A DNA stretch of 64,000 nucleotides from Clostridia bacterium (GTDB lineage: Bacteria > Bacillota > Clostridia > Oscillospirales > Acutalibacteraceae), in the NCBI GenBank assembly GCA_017403065.1, contig JAFQOT010000006.1, positions 33,865-97,864 on the forward strand. Reading direction: 5' to 3'. This document shows, one piece after another, positions 55,468 through 63,660 of this stretch. The notes under the pieces are model-generated. The model saw only the letters and a program-made list of their open reading frames with translations, ran no database searches and was not told where the DNA came from. The translations under genes were made by a program, and so were the position numbers. The first letter of the stretch is position 1; every line of letters begins with the position of its first letter.

Positions 55468-55496
55468 ATTATAATACAAGCAAAAAACTTTGTCAA
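55468..55496 (-). promoter_or_regulatory. consensus sigma-A promoter driving the T-box operon
   Basis: Minus strand TTGACA (55491-55496), 17-nt spacer, TATAAT (55468-55473). Confidence 0.7.
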
Positions 55497-55513
55497 GTAT
55501 TTTCTAAAATATT

Positions 55514-55546
55514 AAAGAGGTAAGCTTTTTAAAGCCTACCTCTTTT
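55514..55546 (-). terminator. rho-independent terminator after the oxidoreductase operon
   Basis: aagaggtaggc...gcttacctctt hairpin followed by TTTAATATTTT on the minus strand. Confidence 0.7.
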
Positions 55547-55548
55547 TC

Positions 55549-56541
55549 TTACTTATTGCAACATTTTGTAATAAGCTTATGAAGCCGCAGCTCGTAATCC
55601 GGAGTATACGGATTGGTTTTTTCGCCAGCCACCATTTGAGCAAAGCTTGCAAGCATCGAATCGAAACGATAGTTAGGCTCACACTCGCTGATAATTGATT
55701 GATCGCGCCATTGCTCGCTGAAATATTCTCTTACCCTTGTAGTCTGTGAATCAGGCAGTCCTATCTCAAGAGGGTTTACCTCAACTGTTCCTTTAGAACC
55801 TGTGATTACAAGCTGTCTTCTCTCAAATCCACCTCGTTCTACACCTGAGGTTTTAGCAAAGGATACACCGTTTTTATACCTTAAAGCTACCATGCCCTGA
55901 TCTATATTATGTATCCCGTCGAAGCCTGTTGACGCGCTAAGATTGATAATTTCCTCAGGTTCACCTTGTATTTGATAAATCAAATCTATTAAATGACAAC
56001 CTAGAAAATAAAGCATACCACTTGGGAAGGTGGAAAGCCACTGACGAAGCTCAGGCTTTTGCCAACAGCTCATCTGTGCCTCAACGCTTTGTATTTCACC
56101 GTACTTACCCTCTTTTACGTCCTTAAGCACCTGCATTACACTAGGGTTATATCTATACATATATCCCGTATGAAAAACAAGGTTTTTGGCTTTTACGGTT
56201 TCTATCATTTCCTCAAAGAGAGTGTGGTCTAAGCCGCCCGGCTTTTCCATATGAATGTGCTTTCCTGCCTTAGCGGCAAGCAAAGCATATTTTGTAAGAT
56301 AAATTTCTTCTGTTTCTATAATAACAGCTTCTATTTCTTTATTATTTAAAATTTCCTCAACCGTCATTTCGCGACATTCAGCAAAGGCTTCTACCAAATC
56401 GGGAAATTTTTCCTTTTCGTTTTCAGGAAAAGCACAGCCCACCATTTCAAAAATGTGACTTTGACGCTTAATGCTAGCAAAAATAGGATTACCGTGACTG
56501 TTCTTACTTGTCCCTATTTGCGCTATTTTTATTTTACCCAT
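55549..56541 (-). CDS. Gfo/Idh/MocA-family oxidoreductase
   Basis: N-terminal Rossmann IKIAQIGTS, EKP motif (HMEKPGG). The ATG at 56541 follows GGGAGA and overlaps the upstream stop (TAATG); the ORF track extends to 56556. Confidence 0.85.
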   Translation of the reverse strand: MGKIKIAQIGTSKNSHGNPIFASIKRQSHIFEMVGCAFPENEKEKFPDLVEAFAECREMTVEEILNNKEIEAVIIETEEIYLTKYALLAAKAGKHIHMEKPGGLDHTLFEEMIETVKAKNLVFHTGYMYRYNPSVMQVLKDVKEGKYGEIQSVEAQMSCWQKPELRQWLSTFPSGMLYFLGCHLIDLIYQIQGEPEEIINLSASTGFDGIHNIDQGMVALRYKNGVSFAKTSGVERGGFERRQLVITGSKGTVEVNPLEIGLPDSQTTRVREYFSEQWRDQSIISECEPNYRFDSMLASFAQMVAGEKTNPYTPDYELRLHKLITKCCNK

Positions 56542-57560
56542 TAAAATTTCTCCCAATTAAACTGAACAACAGGAAATGCAGGCTCTTCGACAAGACGTTT
56601 ATACACCTGAGGTGCCTCATCGGGTGTATGAATCTCTTCAACAAGCGAAGCAAACTCGATTCTACCGCAGCTTACCATTTTTTGAATTGCGTACATATCG
56701 TCCTTTAAGGTCCACCATCCGTTAGAGGATTCCTCGTTAGGACGGGCGCAGGTATGAGCGCCAACAAGGGTAATGCCCGGTCCGTGAACCTTTTTGTAAT
56801 AATCTATAGTAAAATCAGAATTACGGGTACAACCTAAAAGAGCCACACGGCCGTATCTTGCCATACAGTCTAATACAGAATCCAAAGCCTTGCCGTTACC
56901 TGTAACCTCAATAGCAACATTAACGCCGCCATTTGTCACACCGCGTACCTGCTCTTCAAAATCCTCGATAAAAGGGTCAAAGGCATAATCTGCGCCTAAT
57001 TTTAAAGCTAACTCCCGCTTTTCAGGAATAGGATCTACAGCAATAATTGGGGAGGCTGCTGCCGCGCGTAAAAGTTTGATTGCCATTATTCCCAATATTC
57101 CCATACCCATTACGATAGCAGACTCGCCCATTTCAAAGCGGCATTTTCTGATTGCTGCAAGGGGAAATGTCGCTATATGCCACAACGCGGCTTCGCTGAA
57201 GCTTATAGACTCATCCTCAATTTTGAAAATATTTTTTTCTTCCATTAACACATAATTTCTGTGTTGAGTCCAAGCCATAGCCACTCTGTCGCCTGGCTTT
57301 ACTGATGTAACCCCTTCGCCTACCTCTACAACTACACCGGATGTGCTATATCCAGATATTCTTGGGTATGTAGCCGTTGTATCTGTATGTCGCTTAGGGC
57401 TTATACTAACACCGCCCATAAGATTAGCGCGCTCAGTTCCGCTGCTTATCGTCGATGACATAACCCTAACCAAAACTTTTCCCGCAGTTGTTTCGGGACA
57501 TTTTCCTTCTACAACCTCTACCACCTTAGGAGCATTGAACATTATTGATTTTCTATTCAT
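56541..57560 (-). CDS. zinc-type medium-chain alcohol/polyol dehydrogenase
   Basis: MDR fold with GxGxxG-like GMGILG and GroES-like N-terminal domain. Confidence 0.8.
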   Translation of the reverse strand: MNRKSIMFNAPKVVEVVEGKCPETTAGKVLVRVMSSTISSGTERANLMGGVSISPKRHTDTTATYPRISGYSTSGVVVEVGEGVTSVKPGDRVAMAWTQHRNYVLMEEKNIFKIEDESISFSEAALWHIATFPLAAIRKCRFEMGESAIVMGMGILGIMAIKLLRAAAASPIIAVDPIPEKRELALKLGADYAFDPFIEDFEEQVRGVTNGGVNVAIEVTGNGKALDSVLDCMARYGRVALLGCTRNSDFTIDYYKKVHGPGITLVGAHTCARPNEESSNGWWTLKDDMYAIQKMVSCGRIEFASLVEEIHTPDEAPQVYKRLVEEPAFPVVQFNWEKF

Positions 57561-57664
57561 TAAAACTCACCTCATTTTTTATTATACATCTTGTTTTTCC
57601 TTTTTAAATATGCTATTCTATAAAAAAAGAGGTAAATTTATCCTTGTTTTCGGAGGTTTTTTAG

Positions 57665-58417
57665 ATGAATGATGTAATTTTCTCAAATAGCTTTGTTTTT
57701 AACCGATGCGAAAGAAGCAAATACTCTTATACCGATTGCACAAAAGGTAGCTGTAAGCACTATTTTGCATATATGCACAAGGGTACTGCAAAAATTGTTT
57801 CTGATAAAACCACTATATATATCAAAGAGGGGGATGTTTTTTATATTCCAAATAAATGTAGCTATAAATCCTACTGGTATGGTGAAGACGCTATCATATT
57901 TGATTCCTTAGGCTTTAAATATATGCCTAATTTCGATGAAAACGGCTTTGTTCTGCAGTCAATCTCCTCAACCAAAGAGGAAATAGATTTAATAGAAAAG
58001 CTTGTTTTGCGTAAACCTATTGACTATGAAGCTGTGGCTGATTTTTACCGTTTAGTATCCCTTTTAGCGCCTAAAATGAAAAAGGACGAAAAAAGCTACG
58101 CTGAACATGTTATAAAAACGATAAAAAAAGAGATTTACTTTGATTGCCACGCAAAAATATCCCATATTGCAAAAAAATGTAATATAAGTGAGTCGGTAAT
58201 CTACGCAACCTTCAAAAAGTACGCCAACATAACCCCCAACGAATTCAGACAGAAGGTTTTAATAGAAAAAGCTAACGAAATTCTTATAACCACCGATAAG
58301 TCTATCGAGGAAATCAGTCAAGCACTTCAATTCAGCTCAAGCTCTTACTTTAGGAAAATATTTAAAAAATACACAGGAACAACACCTAAAGCAGTGCGTA
58401 AAAAAACTATACTTTAA
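57665..58417 (+). CDS. AraC-family transcriptional regulator
   Basis: C-terminal AraC HTH (ISESVIYATFKKYANITPNEFRQKVLIEKANEIL ... SSYFRKIFKKYTG). Confidence 0.88.
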   Translation: MNDVIFSNSFVFNRCERSKYSYTDCTKGSCKHYFAYMHKGTAKIVSDKTTIYIKEGDVFYIPNKCSYKSYWYGEDAIIFDSLGFKYMPNFDENGFVLQSISSTKEEIDLIEKLVLRKPIDYEAVADFYRLVSLLAPKMKKDEKSYAEHVIKTIKKEIYFDCHAKISHIAKKCNISESVIYATFKKYANITPNEFRQKVLIEKANEILITTDKSIEEISQALQFSSSSYFRKIFKKYTGTTPKAVRKKTIL

Positions 58418-59679
58418 TATTTTTCCTTAACATCAACATTCTCGCATTGAATAACTGTTATTTTCTCTTTTGGACAAGAAATACCAATATCACTTATGTT
58501 AACAGTTGAAGCATTTTTTAAATATATACCCTCGCCGTATGAACGCAGTCGTTCGAATGCCATAATCGGCTCTATTCCCTTTTGGGTGCCTGTAATCTCC
58601 ATATCTATATTTTTTATTGTAATATCCCGTACAGGCATCTCGGGCAGACCGTTGATGTAAATTCCTACTCCTCGAACGTTACGGCAAACCGCTTTATCAA
58701 GAGTTATACCCTGTATGCGAGGGGTGGCTTCATCAGGCGTCAGCTTTTCCGGATTTGGTAAATCAGGATCATTTAAATCAGCGCCGCAACGGTAAAATTC
58801 GTTTATAGTAAACGCCGCCATTATATTGTCCATAGTAATATCACTTATATTGATATTTTCTACAAAGCCGCCTCTTTTTCGACGGGTTTTTATTCGGATA
58901 CCCCTGTCGGTATTTTTAAAGATACAGTTGCTTACTGTTACATTTTTTACTCCGCCTGACATCTCGCTTCCAATTACAAGTCCCCCGTGGCCGTGAGCCA
59001 TAACACAGCTTGTTACAGTTATATTTTCACAAGGATACCTTTTTTGAAGCAGGTCGGTTTCGGTTCCCGATTTTAATGTTACGCAGTCGTCCCCTACATC
59101 TATATAACAGTTTTTAATGGTTACATTTTTACAGCTTTCAGGGTTTATGCCGTCTGTATTAGGGGAATCGTACGGGTTAATTACCTTTACCGAATCGATA
59201 ACCACATTTTCACAACACATTGGGTGAACTGTCCAACAAGGAGAGTTTACAACGGTTATGTCCTTTATTTCCACATTTTTGCACAGAATAGGATTTATCG
59301 TTCTGGGTCTTAGCAAATCAGAGGGCATACTCTTCCACCAGTTATAGCCTCTGCCGTCGATTTTACCGCTGCCCTCTATCGTTATGTTTTCAGCGTTATA
59401 GGCGGTGACAATTCCGCTGAAGCCCCCTCTTGTGTAGCCGTCAAGCTGGATTTTTTGGTAATCCTTAATGTCCGAGCTTGCTAAAATTTCACAACCGTCT
59501 TCTAAATAAAGGCTCATATTTGAGTAAAGGGTTATTGTTCCTGTAACATATTTTCCTTTTGGAAAATAGACTGTCCCTCCCTTTTCCTTAAGGCTTTCAA
59601 TAAGCTTTTTTATTAAAGCCGTGTTGTTTGTTTCTCCATCACCAATTATACCATACTTTGTAACATCATACCTCGTCAT
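58414..59679 (-). CDS. glycoside hydrolase family 28 (polygalacturonase-like), no signal peptide
   Basis: GH28 signature set NTDGI, GDDC, GHGG, RIK on a parallel beta-helix repeat. The ATG at 59679 is preferred over the GTG at 59685. Confidence 0.85.
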   Translation of the reverse strand: MTRYDVTKYGIIGDGETNNTALIKKLIESLKEKGGTVYFPKGKYVTGTITLYSNMSLYLEDGCEILASSDIKDYQKIQLDGYTRGGFSGIVTAYNAENITIEGSGKIDGRGYNWWKSMPSDLLRPRTINPILCKNVEIKDITVVNSPCWTVHPMCCENVVIDSVKVINPYDSPNTDGINPESCKNVTIKNCYIDVGDDCVTLKSGTETDLLQKRYPCENITVTSCVMAHGHGGLVIGSEMSGGVKNVTVSNCIFKNTDRGIRIKTRRKRGGFVENINISDITMDNIMAAFTINEFYRCGADLNDPDLPNPEKLTPDEATPRIQGITLDKAVCRNVRGVGIYINGLPEMPVRDITIKNIDMEITGTQKGIEPIMAFERLRSYGEGIYLKNASTVNISDIGISCPKEKITVIQCENVDVKEKY

Positions 59680-59729
59680 TATCACCCTTTTTTGCTAATT
59701 TCAAAACGCAAAATAAAATTTACTCGCTT

Positions 59730-60896
59730 TTAATAATTAAGACCCATAGAACAATGGAAATCTTCAGTAAACTCGGTAACGCCCCAAGAAATCCAACGCT
59801 CATAGTCTGAAAAGTCGTGACGGAATACCTCCCACACCGATGCAAAATAACCTGCCTGAGTAATTTTTCTTGCAATTTCCTCGGTACATTCCTTTGCCCG
59901 TACCTCTATACCCACGCGGCAACCCTTCGCATCAATACCACTGTTACTCAGTTCATCGATTAGAGAGTCATCCCATTCTCTGATATCATAGGTGTATCCT
60001 TCAATATCGGTTCCAAACACCTCATAAGCCGTTTTTAAAATTGGCATATCAAAGCTCTTAATGTGGAAATTCTTGAGTAGTCCTCGGCACTCAAGCATAT
60101 CTCTTACCTGTTTCCACTGCTGTGTCGTAAGTTCTGGGTGGGTACTAAACATTGGACGCATACCCGTTTTTGCACACAAATCAAAGAAGTCTGAAAGAAG
60201 AGGAAGCTTTGTACCCTTATATATCTTATTTTTATAAGAACCATACTCCCACTCCTGAAGCTCGTCATAGGTTTTATCCCAAACATAAATAGGCTCTGTA
60301 GGAGGATTGTTGTCTTTATCTCTTGCAGTTTTATTGATAGTATCATCGTGAATACATACAAAAACCCCGTCCGCAGTTACCTTAGGTACTACAATACAAG
60401 CGGGAAATCCACAAGCTGCCGCCAACTCAAATGCGGGCATAGTATTGTTTGGCGCAAGCCCCCAAAAGCCCAGATGGGCATTGTGTCGCATACCGCCGTG
60501 CCAGTCTCTTGTACCGCGATCCGCTGCTGAGCCAAAGTCAAGCACGCTCAAAACTGTGCCTTCCGGAATTTGTATATGTACCCCCGCTGTTACCTCTTGG
60601 CAGTATAAGGGCGGAACGCGCCATTCCTGTCTTGTGTACTCTTCTTTTTTTCCAACCCTATAGTTGTGTGATTTGTAAAAAGGATTTTTCTGTCCCTTCG
60701 GTGTCAGAGTTATTTGAATTTTAGGAGCCTCTTCGCCTGTGTAGCTGGATAGCATGCAAACTAAAAAACAAGGGTCTGTACCTCTGCGCTCGCAGGTTAC
60801 AGAAAAGCTATCCTTAATTTGCAGCACACCGTCAACAACCTGCCCAAACTGTGATAACGAATTGTAAGAAAACATACTATTCTTTCCTTGTTTCAT
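59730..60896 (-). CDS. GDPD-like (PLC-like phosphodiesterase fold) protein with an unassigned N-terminal domain; non-canonical active site
   Basis: AHLGFWGLAPNNTMPAFELAAACGF...VCIHDDT aligns with GDPD HRG...PENT...ExD...HD, with several ligand substitutions. An alternative start at 60875 has the better SD. Confidence 0.55.
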   Translation of the reverse strand: MKQGKNSMFSYNSLSQFGQVVDGVLQIKDSFSVTCERRGTDPCFLVCMLSSYTGEEAPKIQITLTPKGQKNPFYKSHNYRVGKKEEYTRQEWRVPPLYCQEVTAGVHIQIPEGTVLSVLDFGSAADRGTRDWHGGMRHNAHLGFWGLAPNNTMPAFELAAACGFPACIVVPKVTADGVFVCIHDDTINKTARDKDNNPPTEPIYVWDKTYDELQEWEYGSYKNKIYKGTKLPLLSDFFDLCAKTGMRPMFSTHPELTTQQWKQVRDMLECRGLLKNFHIKSFDMPILKTAYEVFGTDIEGYTYDIREWDDSLIDELSNSGIDAKGCRVGIEVRAKECTEEIARKITQAGYFASVWEVFRHDFSDYERWISWGVTEFTEDFHCSMGLNY

Positions 60897-61049
60897 TTAT
60901 ATAATACTTTCTGTAATAATTTATTTCCTAAAAAATACGGGCTTCAATTATGAATTCGGCTTCGCCGAATGTTATGGTATTTTCGCCAAATTTACCGCAA
61001 TACAACTCATAACACAGCGAAGCCGTTTATTTTTTATAAAACTTAAATC

Positions 61050-62030
61050 CTATTCGAACTCTATTGTACCAACAGGCTTTGGAGTTAAATCCATAAGCAC
61101 CCTGTTTATACCCTCAACCTCGTGGGTTATACGATAGGTTATTTTGTGAAGTATTTCATACGGAATTTCTTCAACAGTTGCGCTCATAGCGTCGGTAGTG
61201 TTAACTGCGCGGATAATGGCAGTCCAACCCTCGTAGCGCTTGCCGTCGCGAACGCCAACACTCTTCATATCAGGTACTGCAATAAAATACTGCCAAACCT
61301 TTTTGGATAACGAACAGTTGTCAAATTCTTCCCTTAAAATCGCATCTGCCTCCCGCAAGGCGTGTAATCTGTCTCTTGTTATTGCGCCAAGACAGCGTAC
61401 GCCTAAGCCAGGACCTGGGAAAGGCTGACGGTAAACCATTTCGTGAGGAAGGCCTAACGCCTCGCCCACAACGCGAACCTCGTCCTTATAAAGAAGCTTA
61501 ACAGGCTCTACCAATTCAAATTCCATATCCTCAGGAAGTCCGCCCACGTTGTGATGCGCCTTTACTCCGTCAGATTCAAGAATATCAGGATAAATTGTAC
61601 CCTGAGCCAAGAAGGATATACCCTCTAACTTGCCTGCTTCCTCATCAAAAACCTTAATAAATTCGCCGCCGATAATCTTTCTTTTTCTTTCAGGCTCGCT
61701 TACTCCTGCCAATAAATCTAAAAAGCGGTCGGTAGCATCTACATATATAAGATTTGCGTCGAGCTTGTTTTTGAAAAGGTCAATAACAGCTTCGCTTTCG
61801 CCCTTGCGCATAAGTCCGTGATTAACGTGAACGCAAACCAACTGCTTGCCTATAGCTTTAATCAGTAAAGCCGCAACAACAGATGAATCTACGCCGCCTG
61901 AGAGGGCTAAAAGCACCTTTTTGTCGCCAACCTGCTCTTTTATTAAAGCAATCTGCTCATCAATAAAAGCATTAGCAAGCTCTCGGGTTGTAATTCGTGC
62001 CATTGAATCGGGACGTACATTACTATTCAT
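61050..62030 (-). CDS. GMP-synthase-type ATP pyrophosphatase plus dimerisation domains only (GuaA subunit-B-like, no GATase domain)
   Basis: PP-loop SGGVDSSV, C-terminal ...GTIEFE. The ATG at 62030 follows GGGAGG by 7 nt (the ORF track extends to 62045). Confidence 0.85.
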   Translation of the reverse strand: MNSNVRPDSMARITTRELANAFIDEQIALIKEQVGDKKVLLALSGGVDSSVVAALLIKAIGKQLVCVHVNHGLMRKGESEAVIDLFKNKLDANLIYVDATDRFLDLLAGVSEPERKRKIIGGEFIKVFDEEAGKLEGISFLAQGTIYPDILESDGVKAHHNVGGLPEDMEFELVEPVKLLYKDEVRVVGEALGLPHEMVYRQPFPGPGLGVRCLGAITRDRLHALREADAILREEFDNCSLSKKVWQYFIAVPDMKSVGVRDGKRYEGWTAIIRAVNTTDAMSATVEEIPYEILHKITYRITHEVEGINRVLMDLTPKPVGTIEFE

Positions 62031-62044
62031 ATTTTTTCCTCCCA

Positions 62045-63241
62045 TTAGTTAGTATAGTTATCGAAATATCCCTGTACAAGAATTACAGGTGTACCTTTAT
62101 CACCCGAGCCGCTTGTAAGGTCGCATAAAGAACCGATAAGGTCGGTAAGCTGACGGGGAGTTGTTCCCTGTGAAGCCATACTGCCAACAAGATTGCTATC
62201 CTTAGCCTTAATGCTGTCAGAAATAGCCTTTTTAAGCTCATCGCCGCTTAAATCCTTATAATCATTATCTGCAAGATATTTCAGCTTTAATTCGTTAGGT
62301 GTACCTACAAGACCGTCGGTAAATGCGGGAGAAACAACAGGGTCTGCAAGCTCCCAGATTTTGCCCTGAGGGTCTTTAAAGGCGCCGTCGCCGTAAACCA
62401 TAACCTCAACATTTTTACCTGTAGCCTTTAAAATACGCGCCTGAATATCTAATACCAAATCCTTGCACTCTCTTGGGAAAAGCTTTACAGTATCTTCGTT
62501 TGCTTTGTTGGAGCCTAAAAGACCGTATTTTTCGTTGTAGCCGTTTTGCACAGGGGCGGTCAAAATCTCGTCAAGACCGTATACGGTCTTAGCGCCTGCC
62601 GCCTTTAAAATACGCTTTGTACGAGCGCGGGTATGGATATCACAGGTTAGTACACAGTCGGTATAATCAAGTATTGCTTTTGGCTGATTAGCAAAAATAA
62701 TCTCAACCTCTGCGCCGCTTTCGCGAACAATATTCATATAATAATCAACATAATCAACACCTGTAAAGGGATGAAGATTTGTTCCAAAAAGCTCGCGGTA
62801 TTTTTCTAAGGTTAAAACGTCTGAATAAGGGTTAATGCCCACCTCGTCAAGCTTGTCAATGCTAACAAGCTCGTTGCCAACCTCATCTGAAGGATAGCTT
62901 AGCATTAAGACAATTTTCTTTGCTCCCTTTGCTATACCCTTAAGGCAGATAGCAAAACGGTTGCGCGAATATATTGGAAAAATAACGCCTAAGGTGCCGC
63001 CGCCGAATTTTGCCTTTACGTCCTGAGCAATATCGTCAATAGAGGCGTAATTGCCCTGAGCTCTTGCAACTATAGATTCTGTCATCGCAATAACGTCACG
63101 GTCGCGAAGCTTAAAGCCCTCGTTTTCTGCCGCTTCAAGAACACTGCTTGTTACTATATCAGCAAGATCATCTCCTTGTCTGATAATAGGACAACGGATA
63201 CCCATAGAGATAGTGCCTACTCTGCGTTCCTTGTTTTCCAT
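62045..63241 (-). CDS. CofE-like (F420-0:gamma-glutamyl ligase family) domain protein, 398 aa
   Basis: N-terminus IRCPIIRQGDDLADIV...DRDVIAMTESIVARAQG resembles the CofE / F420 ligase fold; longer than canonical CofE. Confidence 0.6.
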   Translation of the reverse strand: MENKERRVGTISMGIRCPIIRQGDDLADIVTSSVLEAAENEGFKLRDRDVIAMTESIVARAQGNYASIDDIAQDVKAKFGGGTLGVIFPIYSRNRFAICLKGIAKGAKKIVLMLSYPSDEVGNELVSIDKLDEVGINPYSDVLTLEKYRELFGTNLHPFTGVDYVDYYMNIVRESGAEVEIIFANQPKAILDYTDCVLTCDIHTRARTKRILKAAGAKTVYGLDEILTAPVQNGYNEKYGLLGSNKANEDTVKLFPRECKDLVLDIQARILKATGKNVEVMVYGDGAFKDPQGKIWELADPVVSPAFTDGLVGTPNELKLKYLADNDYKDLSGDELKKAISDSIKAKDSNLVGSMASQGTTPRQLTDLIGSLCDLTSGSGDKGTPVILVQGYFDNYTN

Positions 63242-63372
63242 AAATCATTATCCTTTCAAACCGCTGTTTTTAAGTATTATAATACCCAAAACAGCTTCAA
63301 AATAAGCATACTGTTTGCGAAATAAATACCTTATGGCTTTCTATTTATTTCTACAACCTTCGTAACAGAGTT

Positions 63373-63401
63373 ATTATATACCTATATAATAATTTTTTCA
63401 A
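63373..63401 (-). promoter_or_regulatory. sigma-A-like promoter for the cofE-like/guaA-like operon
   Basis: Minus strand TTGAAA (63396-63401), 17-nt spacer, TATAAT (63373-63378). Confidence 0.5.
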
Positions 63402-63481
63402 GAAATTTCTCATTACACTTAAAAAAATTTTTTAAAACGGATTTTTTATATCACACATTGATAAAAAAAGGTATAACTTTC

Positions 63482-63510
63482 TTGACAGATTTTGTTACAG
63501 ATGTTAAAAT
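63482..63510 (+). promoter_or_regulatory. sigma-A-like promoter for rny
   Basis: TTGACA (63482-63487), 17-nt spacer, TAAAAT (63505-63510). Confidence 0.5.
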
Positions 63511-63660
63511 GTAATCGATATTATAATAAATTTATATAAAGATTGGCGAGCTTTGTATAAAGAATTAGAATTGTATCACGGGCTTAACGCACGGTGCCCG
63601 TTACCTTAATATATGTTTATTTAAAGGATAAATCCGTGTTTATTATATAGGAGGTGCAAT

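Noticed and set aside
55293-55523. ORFs of 67 aa (minus) and 60 aa (plus) upstream of the LeuA-like gene
   Set aside because: They lie entirely within the T-box leader and promoter; the region is explained by RNA structure.
63242-63420. Purine (guanine) riboswitch in front of the guaA-like operon
   Set aside because: The + strand has vague resemblances (TTTCTAC, CGTAAC), but that is the wrong strand for the operon. The P2/P3 stems and conserved junctions (UAUAAU...GUUUCUACC...CCGUAAAU...GACUA) are not reproduced on either strand.
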